DNA of 64,000 nucleotides from positions 64,001 through 128,000 of IMG/VR virus record IMGVR_UViG_2595698834_000001, one strand, 5' to 3'. Of the stretch, positions 56,984-64,000 are shown piece by piece. Below the pieces are notes generated by a model. It did not search any database. It was not told where the DNA came from and worked only from the letters and a program-made list of their open reading frames with translations. How positions within the stretch are numbered: position 1 is the stretch's first letter; each line of letters begins with the position of its first letter. The translations under genes were made by a program, and so were the position numbers. Source of the DNA: a virus (taxonomy: Duplodnaviria; Caudoviricetes).

Positions 56984-57052
56984 CTGCCTAGAGAGGAGTT
57001 GAACCTCTCTTATGGGGGTGTTTGAGCCACCAAACTAACCGTAGATAGGCAG
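56984..57052 (-). ncRNA. tRNA-like element (acceptor stem and T arm intact, D/anticodon arms aberrant)
   Basis: CTGCCTA/TAGGCAG stem and AGAGG-TTCAACT-CCTCT arm. Confidence 0.5.
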
Positions 57053-57501
57053 TAATATAATTATACAAGTATAAGCGTGCCATAAGGAGATCGTTCTTAA
57101 GTTAACCCTTCCGTCTCTTCTACGGGTAGTCACCCTCGTAGATTCTGTGCAGAGTACGAAGCTTAAGATCAAAAAAAAACACTCTTCGGTAGCAGAACCT
57201 TGACGGGGGATCAGCCCGCTGCACTGATCAGGTGCTTAATAGCTCTGCTACCTATAGAGTATGATTCTCAGTAAAGAAACCGATTAAGACCACTGAGAAC
57301 GAGGTCGCTTCGCTTGGCAGAACCACTCAAACCCAAGCTAGACTCCCCTGTCTTATTTTATATACCTCTTTATCACAGGTGGTTAGATATGTGGAGGCGG
57401 TAAAAGTTGCCCCGTCTAAGCCGCAGGGGATGACATTTGCAATATTATCTAGTCCCAATGCAACGGAACAACCTAATTGCGCTGGTCTATTAACGTGACA
57501 A

Positions 57502-57903
57502 CTACCGTCTCAGGAGTTGTACATCCATTTTTTCTACAATCTCTCCGTCTTTTAGTAGGTAGTAGTGGTTAACTAGAGCTTGCTGGTTGTTATCCGGTAA
57601 CGTGTATACGCTAACTGTTCTGTTTCTAACAGTCAGTGTGTTTGGTAAAGTTGTTTCAAAGACCTTATGATCATCGGTTACTTCTAAGATGTCATTAGAT
57701 GGGTTGTTAGCCCAGTGGTTAGTAGTCTCACTGAACGGATTCTCCTCAGTACCTCTAAATCTGTAGAGGACGTGTGGGCAGCTATACATTTCTACGTACT
57801 CAGTTAAACTACCTTTGTTGAACTTATAAGTCACTTCTAAAGAGATACCTACAGTCGGGTTACTGCTTCCCTCGGGGCTCTCTTCAACAATTTTTTCGTT
57901 AAT
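57502..57903 (-). CDS. hypothetical protein, probably starting at ATT 57903 (track start GTG 57834)
   Basis: Frame open from ATT 57901-57903, 9 nt after AAGGAGG; no SD at the GTG. Confidence 0.6.
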   Translation of the reverse strand: MNEKIVEESPEGSSNPTVGISLEVTYKFNKGSLTEYVEMYSCPHVLYRFRGTEENPFSETTNHWANNPSNDILEVTDDHKVFETTLPNTLTVRNRTVSVYTLPDNNQQALVNHYYLLKDGEIVEKMDVQLLRR

Positions 57904-58052
57904 GCTACTTCGCCTCCTTGTTCAAAACCTAACCTCCTAGGCAGGGATGTGAGTCTAAGGTGAAAATATAGTCAGGTGTGAGATAGTATACTAGAGGTAA
58001 TCACACCAATTACCTCTGAGCAGGTTGCATTTAATGACTGTTTCCTAGTCTA

Positions 58053-58125
58053 TGGACTGAGAAGGGTTCGAACCTCCGACACAGGGATTTTCAGCCCCCT
58101 GCTCTACCGACTGAGCTACCAGTCC
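58053..58125 (-). tRNA. tRNA-Phe (GAA)
   Basis: GGACTGGTAGCTCAGTCGGTAGAGC...CTGAAAA...GGTTCGAACC...CAGTCCA cloverleaf; no encoded CCA. Confidence 0.92.
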
Positions 58126-58248
58126 AAGGTGTCTCACCTCTCGTAAGGGTATGAGGTTGAGCGGTGATAGAGTCACCTCCATAGGATTACGGGAGCATTC
58201 ACTGGAGCCCCCTTGCATATAGAAGTGGCTAGCTAGCCCATTTAAGGA

Positions 58249-58314
58249 CGATCTGAGAGGAGTCGAACATCTTTACCTGCCGCAGCACTGCTTTTACCAA
58301 TAAGCTACAGACCG
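58249..58314 (-). pseudogene. pseudo-tRNA with truncated anticodon arm
   Basis: Acceptor stem, D arm GCTT/AAGC and TTCGACT loop present; anticodon arm reduced to TGC-TGCG-GCA. Confidence 0.6.
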
Positions 58315-58474
58315 ATATAAAAAAGTACACGAGCGTTTATACAGAGTGTATAAGTGAGCTCGCATACGAAGTGGGGTCGGGGGAGGTGACCCCTATCTAC
58401 ATCTTTCTCGCCTGAGACGTAGATGGTCGAAAATAAGGTAATTACACAAGTTAAGGTACTTTTTAAGGTACCAA

Positions 58475-58546
58475 CTGTCGTAGTAGGACTCGAACCTACA
58501 ACTTCTTGATTAACAGTCAAGCACTCTACCATTGAGTTATACGACA
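58475..58546 (-). tRNA. tRNA-Asn (GTT)
   Basis: TGTCGTA...CTGTTAA...GGTTCGAGTCC...TACGACAG cloverleaf; no encoded CCA. Confidence 0.92.
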
Positions 58547-58797
58547 AGGTTCAGGGTATGTAAGGGAGTACACGGTGGTGGTTGTATAAACTCCCTGTTA
58601 CCCTGAGTGTATTTCTGTCTTAAGAGTTTAGAACCTACGACAAATTTCACATAGTTGTGTTAAATAAAGGAGGAATAACCAACGTATGTTTAAGATACAA
58701 GATTCACCGCCTCGTGGCTGATGTCCAGTGAATCTTTATCTATATACATTATAACATACTCTGATGTTATAGGGAGCCCTTTATTCGAATTTTCTTT

Positions 58798-58890
58798 AAA
58801 AAAGTTTAGTAGAGAAGAGTTAACCTCTCTACTATAGGAGAAGAGAAGAGGAAGAACACGGTGGATGTTTGTCCTGCGCCTTCAACCTAT
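58798..58890 (-). ncRNA. putative standalone small RNA (about 90 nt)
   Basis: TTGCAA-17-TATAGT promoter (58895-58923), no ORF, C/U-rich body, AGTAGAGA/TCTCTACT hairpin followed by T-rich tail. Confidence 0.6.
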
Positions 58891-58950
58891 AACTACTATA
58901 ACATAATTTTCTGAAGGTTGCAACATCTTCTGTGATTTTTTCGGCGGCGC

Positions 58951-59080
58951 TTTTTTGTCTATTTTTTTTTGACGTCGATCATAATATAAATATTATATAA
59001 AAGTATATAGATAAGTGTATAAATAAATATATAAAGTATTTAAATATATAATACAGAGCACTTAAAATTAAAATAGGACA
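58951..59080. repeat. AT-rich origin-like element, copy 2
   Basis: Same architecture as 15864-15976 in opposite orientation; 33/40 nt identity in the conserved arm. Confidence 0.7.
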
Positions 59081-59219
59081 CGAATATATTAAAAGGAGTC
59101 AGAAACCCTTATGTACCAAGGGAATAAAATAGGACAAAAATTTTAAAATACCTTGTTTACCTTTAGAATAAGTTATGGTAGACTGACTGTGAGATACTAA
59201 GTGTAAAGGAGAGTCAGAT

Positions 59220-59825
59220 ATGTATAACAGTAACTCTAAACTATACAGAGTATGGACTACTATGAGACAGAGGTGCAGAGACCAAAAAGCAACAGGGTAC
59301 AGCAGTTGTGGAGGAAAAGGTATCCAAGTATGCTCAGAATGGCAATCTTTCTCTAATTTTGCTGAGTGGTCTTCGAGTAACGGATACTCAGAAGGTAAAT
59401 CACTCTCTAGGGTTGATCTTAACAAAGACTTCTGTCCTGAGAACTGCAACTGGATCAGCAAAGACAAGAGTCTCTCTAAGGCTAGAAAAGCCTTAAGGAG
59501 AAAAGAGGACAAGGAGCAGTTAAGGAAAAATTATTTCTACAGAGGGAAATACAGAACAATTACAGAGTTGTCAGAGATTACTGGTATTAGTTTTTCCATC
59601 CTATATGACAGACTATTTAGTCGTGGTATGCAAGTTTCAGAGGCACTAACCTTTACGAACTCCGCAACAATGTACTACTATGACGGTAAACTGAAAACAC
59701 TCAGAGAGTGGGCAGAGGTTACTGGTATCAGCTATAGTGCTCTTTATACTAGGTTAGTTCGACTTAACTGGGAAGTATCCAAAGCGTTTACAACCCCAGC
59801 TAAGGTAAAAAGTAAGAAGAGGTAA
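59220..59825 (+). CDS. HNH-type homing-endonuclease-like protein with two C-terminal DNA-binding repeats
   Basis: YRVWTTMRQRC...GGKGIQVCSEW..F.NF..W...SLSRVD....FCPENCNW; repeats YRGKYRTITELSEITGIS / YDGKLKTLREWAEVTGIS; promoter TTTACC-17-TAGACT at 59156-59184; terminator at 59817-59839. Confidence 0.78.
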   Translation: MYNSNSKLYRVWTTMRQRCRDQKATGYSSCGGKGIQVCSEWQSFSNFAEWSSSNGYSEGKSLSRVDLNKDFCPENCNWISKDKSLSKARKALRRKEDKEQLRKNYFYRGKYRTITELSEITGISFSILYDRLFSRGMQVSEALTFTNSATMYYYDGKLKTLREWAEVTGISYSALYTRLVRLNWEVSKAFTTPAKVKSKKR

Positions 59826-59992
59826 CTGCCTCTTTTTTTGTCCTATTTTATGTATAACTCCATCCCAGATGAAACAAACTAAACGCATCTCGGAATGAAA
59901 CGCCCTTTTAAACTCATACGAAAATAGGTGTTGACTTTTAATCAACATTGCGGTAAGATAGGTTTACAAGCAAACGATGGAGGTTATTAAAC

Positions 59993-60313
59993 ATGGCAAC
60001 AGTAGCAAACAAACCAGTAAATAAAAATAAAACAAAAGAGGGTGGCAGCATGAAAACTGTAAAGAGACTTAAAAAAATTAGGATGGATGCAGGATATTCG
60101 ATTTACACACTTGCAGCAAAATTAGAGGTAGACTCGTCTACGATATCTGTTTGGGAAAACGGTAAACGATTCCCACGTAGGAATGTATTGGAGAAGCTTG
60201 AAGATCTATTTAATGTCAGCTACAGAGAACTATTCGAAGACTTAACTGAACCAGAAATTAAGGAGATCGAGAAACGAATGACTAGGATGTATAAAACAAG
60301 CGAATGGTATTAA
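59993..60313 (+). CDS. XRE-family HTH transcriptional regulator
   Basis: LKKIRMDAGYSIYTLAAKLEVDSSTISVWENGKRFP; promoter TTGACT-17-TAAGAT at 59931-59959. Confidence 0.88.
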   Translation: MATVANKPVNKNKTKEGGSMKTVKRLKKIRMDAGYSIYTLAAKLEVDSSTISVWENGKRFPRRNVLEKLEDLFNVSYRELFEDLTEPEIKEIEKRMTRMYKTSEWY

Positions 60314-60340
60314 AAAAGAGACCTTGTGAGGGTCTCTTTT
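60312..60340. terminator. bidirectional intrinsic terminator
   Basis: AAAAAAGAGACC-TTGTGAG-GGTCTCTTTT between convergent genes. Confidence 0.85.
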
Positions 60341-60575
60341 ATTCGTAGCCTACTACGACTTCGACGATCATTTGAGGATTGATATACTTCATGTCCCCTG
60401 TCAGATCAACATTAGGGTACACTTTAAGAAGTTTTGCTGCACTACCTGCAATATGATTCCATATAACTGCTTCCGGTTGTTCAGGGATACCAAAAGATTC
60501 CCTGATTGTAGGATCTACGTAGTACACTGCGTTGTTTATTAGTTTAATCTCAATCTTACTAACCTTTTTTGCCAC
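60339..60575 (-). CDS. hypothetical protein
   Basis: 78 aa, GTG start with GAAGGG SD. Confidence 0.65.
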   Translation of the reverse strand: MAKKVSKIEIKLINNAVYYVDPTIRESFGIPEQPEAVIWNHIAGSAAKLLKVYPNVDLTGDMKYINPQMIVEVVVGYE

Positions 60576-60597
60576 TAGTTAAACCGCCCTTCACTCT

Positions 60598-60924
60598 TTA
60601 TTTTCCGCTAATCATGCTGAAGAGGTATGTAATTAGACCGCCAAGGAAAGCCATGAGTGCTTTTTCAATCAACTCCCGTTGTTTATCGCTTTTTCGATCT
60701 CCTGCACTCTCTAGCAGCTCTAGCTCTCTTTGAAGCTGCTCCATCTTGTAGTAAAGGTGGGACTGTTTTTCTTGCTGGATTGCAATGTCTTTATCTAAAG
60801 AAAAGACGATGTTTTTGAGCTCGTCAACAACCCCACGTAACTCTGTAGTGTCTGTGTCTCGGTCTTGTATTTTACCTTCAACATTTCTTAGTCTCTCGAT
60901 AAGTTCACCATTTTGGTTAGTCAT
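60598..60924 (-). CDS. coiled-coil protein with C-terminal membrane helix (XhlA-like architecture)
   Basis: Coiled coil followed by ALMAFLGGLITYLFSMI. Confidence 0.65.
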   Translation of the reverse strand: MTNQNGELIERLRNVEGKIQDRDTDTTELRGVVDELKNIVFSLDKDIAIQQEKQSHLYYKMEQLQRELELLESAGDRKSDKQRELIEKALMAFLGGLITYLFSMISGK

Positions 60925-60950
60925 TCAAACCCCCACCTTTTTATGATATA

Positions 60951-61301
60951 TCAAATGATGCCTTGCCTCCCTATATCCCCTAACTCAGTGTCGTAGGATA
61001 CATAGAAACTCTCTAAGACTTTCCTGCTCTCCTTCTCTGCTATACTGCCGTAGTTTGAGTCTGTATCAATTTTAAAGTAAGCTGAGCCAAACTCTTTCAG
61101 ATCGAGCTTTACCTCTATGAACTTGTCGTCTGTTGTATTTCTGCAATACTCGTAGGTGAAGTCAATTAAAACACCAAGGTGAAGTAATCGATGGATTGAG
61201 TACATATGAAAAATTGATCTGTCTGTATTAATAAATGCTCCGACAAGATCTCTAAACTCAAGTTTTACTGTACTATGATACTTATTCTCGCTAATCTTCA
61301 T
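60951..61301 (-). CDS. hypothetical protein
   Basis: 116 aa, coupled to upstream gene. Confidence 0.65.
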   Translation of the reverse strand: MKISENKYHSTVKLEFRDLVGAFINTDRSIFHMYSIHRLLHLGVLIDFTYEYCRNTTDDKFIEVKLDLKEFGSAYFKIDTDSNYGSIAEKESRKVLESFYVSYDTELGDIGRQGII

Positions 61302-61581
61302 GTCGTCTCCTTCCTGCGGTAACTATAACCAGTACCGTAGGGAGAGCTAAGCTTAACAGTACCGCATTCTTAATTATAATTGAGCTATGCAGAGTCAAGT
61401 CAAATAGTATGACATCTGATATAATGGAGATATATGCAACTCCAATAAAGAGAGTAGACTTAATGACCGGGCTGTATAAAGAGTACTTAACTCCCTCGAA
61501 CAGGATAGCCGCAGCGAAGAAGGTTAGGTAGCAGATGTTAATATACAGTAAAACTGTTGTAGTAGCTGCCATAACTAACAT
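61291..61581 (-). CDS. membrane protein (about 3 TM)
   Basis: Three hydrophobic stretches; GAGGAGG SD; late box at 61611-61620. Confidence 0.7.
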   Translation of the reverse strand: MLVMAATTTVLLYINICYLTFFAAAILFEGVKYSLYSPVIKSTLFIGVAYISIISDVILFDLTLHSSIIIKNAVLLSLALPTVLVIVTAGRRRHED

Positions 61582-61688
61582 TTTTATCCTCCTCGCCTTG
61601 ATTCTATTACTAATATAGTACTTCTAAACGTAATTTTTCGTAATCCTCTATATTATAACTAAGAAATTACACTACTGGAGGTGCTTGC

Positions 61689-61961
61689 ATGTTAAGTCGT
61701 AGACAACTTGTAATCAAGATAGCGCTTGTAATTGTGGCAGAGGCAATCGCAATGACAGCTACGATTGGATTTTCTCACTATATATACCCTATAAAACACA
61801 TCATGCCGATTCACATTATCTTCGGTGCTATACTTGCCGTTGTCATCGTAGGAACGTATAACAAACGCATTAAGAAACGTAAGAAACGAGTTAAAGAGGA
61901 AATTAAAGAACTAGCGAGGGTAGCATTAAAACAGCTTCCCGACGACATAGACGATAAATAG
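61689..61961 (+). CDS. membrane protein (2 TM, basic C-terminus)
   Basis: GGAGGTG SD; first gene of terminase operon. Confidence 0.7.
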   Translation: MLSRRQLVIKIALVIVAEAIAMTATIGFSHYIYPIKHIMPIHIIFGAILAVVIVGTYNKRIKKRKKRVKEEIKELARVALKQLPDDIDDK

Positions 61962-61963
61962 AG

Positions 61964-62488
61964 GTGAGACAAATGCTTAACCCGAAAAAGATTGGAAAAT
62001 TGTTTCAAGATATAGAAGAGCTTGTCTATGACGAGATAACGTACACAATTATTCCAAAGGCTATGTTTTTTGTTCCTAGTAAACAAACATCAGAAGGGAA
62101 CAAAGTCAACGATAGGTACCTGAATAATCTTATCGAGGATGTTCTATTAGTTGTAGAGACATGCGGACAAGAAATGCTTCTTCGCTACTTCGAGTGTAAA
62201 GAAAAGAATGCAAGCGAAGACTTGATCATTAAGGATCTTAAAGAAGAGTATGTCGAAACCATATACAACCAGTTTGTTAGACTGGGCATCACCACTACAG
62301 TTGATACAAGTAAAATTTTTGTATACCGATTAATGTTACAGCTCCCTAGCATCTATCTTGTACACAGTGGAGGAATAGACTTCGATAAAGAATACGACGA
62401 TTGTATGAAACACTATGAGGAGATGGAAGATTACGTTGAGGACTTCCTTGACAGAGACGACGAGGAGGGGGAGGTCGATCTTGACTAG
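61964..62488 (+). CDS. conserved hypothetical protein
   Basis: 174 aa (start possibly ATG 61973) upstream of terminase. Confidence 0.7.
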   Translation: MRQMLNPKKIGKLFQDIEELVYDEITYTIIPKAMFFVPSKQTSEGNKVNDRYLNNLIEDVLLVVETCGQEMLLRYFECKEKNASEDLIIKDLKEEYVETIYNQFVRLGITTTVDTSKIFVYRLMLQLPSIYLVHSGGIDFDKEYDDCMKHYEEMEDYVEDFLDRDDEEGEVDLD

Positions 62489-62753
62489 GAGAGAACTTGT
62501 CGAAAAACGTAGAATTGTATACGGGAACTCAAAAAAGTATAATGTATTTAACGTTGGAGACAAAAGGGTCCACTCCCCAAGGTTATGTGTAGTATGCTCG
62601 AGACCGTTGACGTCACTTGTGCTTACAGAGCAGAGGTATGTGACAGCGGTCTCCCACGTGCACGCCCATCTCTCAGGAGGCATTACTATCGACATGTGCG
62701 CTAATATTAAATCATGTTCCAGCAGAATTGAAAAACTACGAGAGGAGAGCTGA
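62481..62753 (+). CDS. small Cys/His zinc-binding protein (start revised to TTG 62481)
   Basis: CVVC...HAH...C....C; GGAGGT SD before TTG. Confidence 0.65.
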   Translation: MTRRELVEKRRIVYGNSKKYNVFNVGDKRVHSPRLCVVCSRPLTSLVLTEQRYVTAVSHVHAHLSGGITIDMCANIKSCSSRIEKLREES

Positions 62754-62758
62754 CGAAT

Positions 62759-63175
62759 ATGTCTATGGCAGAGAATATAAAGAAACGATTATCACAGAAA
62801 AAGGACGGAACTTCCGAGAGCCAAGTTCGTGAGTTAATGAACACAGCTACTTCAAAAATGCTTGAACAGTTCTTGCAGCGAGTTACAACAGGTGAGATCC
62901 CTATAGACAACGTTGCAGACTTGCAACGTGTATTCTTGTTGTACAAAGAGATAAACGGAATTAACGATGCAATGGAAGGAGCAGGCGGACAAGGAACGCT
63001 ACCGGAGATCAACATGAAGCAAGATAAAGTTATACAAGACGTAACTTCTGAAGGTACTGTAACGATTGACGACGAAGGAAACCTCGATGTTAGTGACCTT
63101 TCTGTAGAAGAAGCAGCAGAATTAGTACGGCAGATGGACATAGCCCAGAATGCCGAAAATGAGGGGACGTTCTAA
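62759..63175 (+). CDS. putative terminase small subunit
   Basis: 138 aa immediately upstream of and coupled (TAATG) to terL. Confidence 0.65.
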   Translation: MSMAENIKKRLSQKKDGTSESQVRELMNTATSKMLEQFLQRVTTGEIPIDNVADLQRVFLLYKEINGINDAMEGAGGQGTLPEINMKQDKVIQDVTSEGTVTIDDEGNLDVSDLSVEEAAELVRQMDIAQNAENEGTF

Positions 63176-63546
63176 TGAGTATTGTAAACCCAATTGACGG
63201 AAAAATGATTCAGAATATTGCGAAACAAACATTCGGAAAGACTAGTTTAACAAAGGACGAGCTGGCGTATGTACTAACTATGCTTAACCCATCTTCGTAC
63301 CTCTTGAAGCACCACAAAGTAAAAAACCACCCTATCACATTTCACGTAAGCGGGCACGACTCCGTGAGAGCACAAGCGCACAGACCATGGCAGGTTCAGA
63401 TGGTTAATGATATGCATAAGGATAAAGCAGTCATAAAGTCACGTCAGCTGGGTTTATCTGAGCTAGGGATAGGTGAAATGATTAACTTTGCAGATTTACA
63501 TAGCTATGCAGGCGTTAAATGTTTATACACATTCCCGACCAACCGT
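63175..63546 (+). CDS. terL: terminase large subunit, exon 1
   Basis: HRPWQ and KSRQLGLSE Walker A-like motifs; ends YTFPTNR at the intron. Confidence 0.92.
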
Positions 63547-63790
63547 TAACATTGGCGGTTACAAAACTCCCTTAATTGACTGGGACCCCCTAACAGGCAA
63601 GGCTGAGGGAAATCAGCAGCGAAGCCTCAACCGAGGAACGTTCAACGACTAGTAAGACCTTATAACAAGGCATACACTCAAGCGAGTGGAAACAGGGAGC
63701 CCCTTACGGGGATGATATAGTCTGATCTACATGGAAACATGTAGCTGCCAAATGGCGGGCGAAAACTAGCGCACTTCGTCGAACAAAATG
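63547..63790 (+). mobile_element. group I self-splicing intron (244 nt, ORF-less) in terL
   Basis: P1 AACCGU/GCGGUU with U-G at 5' splice site; P AATTGACTGGGA, Q AATCAGCAG, R GTTCAACGACTA, S GATATAGTCT; P3 CTCCCT/AGGGAG; terminal G; splicing restores FPTNR|QMKDFV. Confidence 0.93.
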
Positions 63791-64000
63791 CAAATGAAAG
63801 ACTTCGTTGCAACACGTCTTAACCCTTTACTAGAAACAGGATACTACGGAACAATAACGGATAAGCACACAGACTCACTTGAGAAGAAGAAGATAAGAAA
63901 CAGTTTCCTTATGTTCCGTTCTTCTTCCAAAGGAGGAGCCGTAGAGGGTGTCGACATCGACTATCTGTCTCTCGATGAGTATGATAGGGTATCAGCTTCA
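63791..64000 (+). CDS. terL: terminase large subunit, exon 2 (runs off window)
   Basis: QMKDFVATRLNPLL...AVEGVDIDYLSLDEYDR (Walker B). Confidence 0.92.

Noticed and set aside
58305-58547. 80-aa ORF in the tRNA region
   Set aside because: Overlaps tRNA-Asn entirely; spurious.
59099-59512. 137-aa minus-strand ORF
   Set aside because: Antisense to the motif-supported HNH-like gene.
54327-63175. Terminase operon transcribed divergently from portal/capsid genes
   Set aside because: As far as I recall, this layout is usual in Bastille-like Bacillus phages; no breakpoint evidence for a recent inversion at this boundary.

Overview
A 64-kb segment of a large lytic Bacillus-type myovirus (Herelleviridae, Bastillevirinae-like gene order). 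The minus strand carries, read right to left, a tRNA/ncRNA-rich accessory region (about 54.7-58.9 kb), then portal, protease, scaffold, major capsid, neck, sheath and tube. A small accessory island (3D-domain YocH-like protein) follows, then tail chaperones, tape measure, tail lysin, tail fibres and baseplate. The replication block comes last: intein-containing SF2 helicase, HTH Rep-like protein, DnaB-like helicase, SbcD/SbcC-like nuclease, primase, dUTPase and Holliday-junction resolvase. The plus strand at the right end carries an HNH-like gene, an XRE regulator and the terminase genes; terL is split by a 244-nt group I intron. The best candidate for an undescribed system is a self-promoted DIP1984/DUF6847-like gene (55810-56331) followed directly by a structured non-coding RNA: a 12-bp stem encloses a 7-8-nt periodic tract. 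Other signals are a cluster of small RNAs with anti-Shine-Dalgarno/C-rich loops, two homologous origin-like AT-rich elements 43 kb apart, and a +1 frameshift site (UCC UUU CGA) in the tail chaperone. There is also a perfect WalR box upstream of the phage YocH-like gene, a C5-methyltransferase remnant and two apparent non-canonical start codons. All product calls come from motif recognition and synteny, not from database searches.
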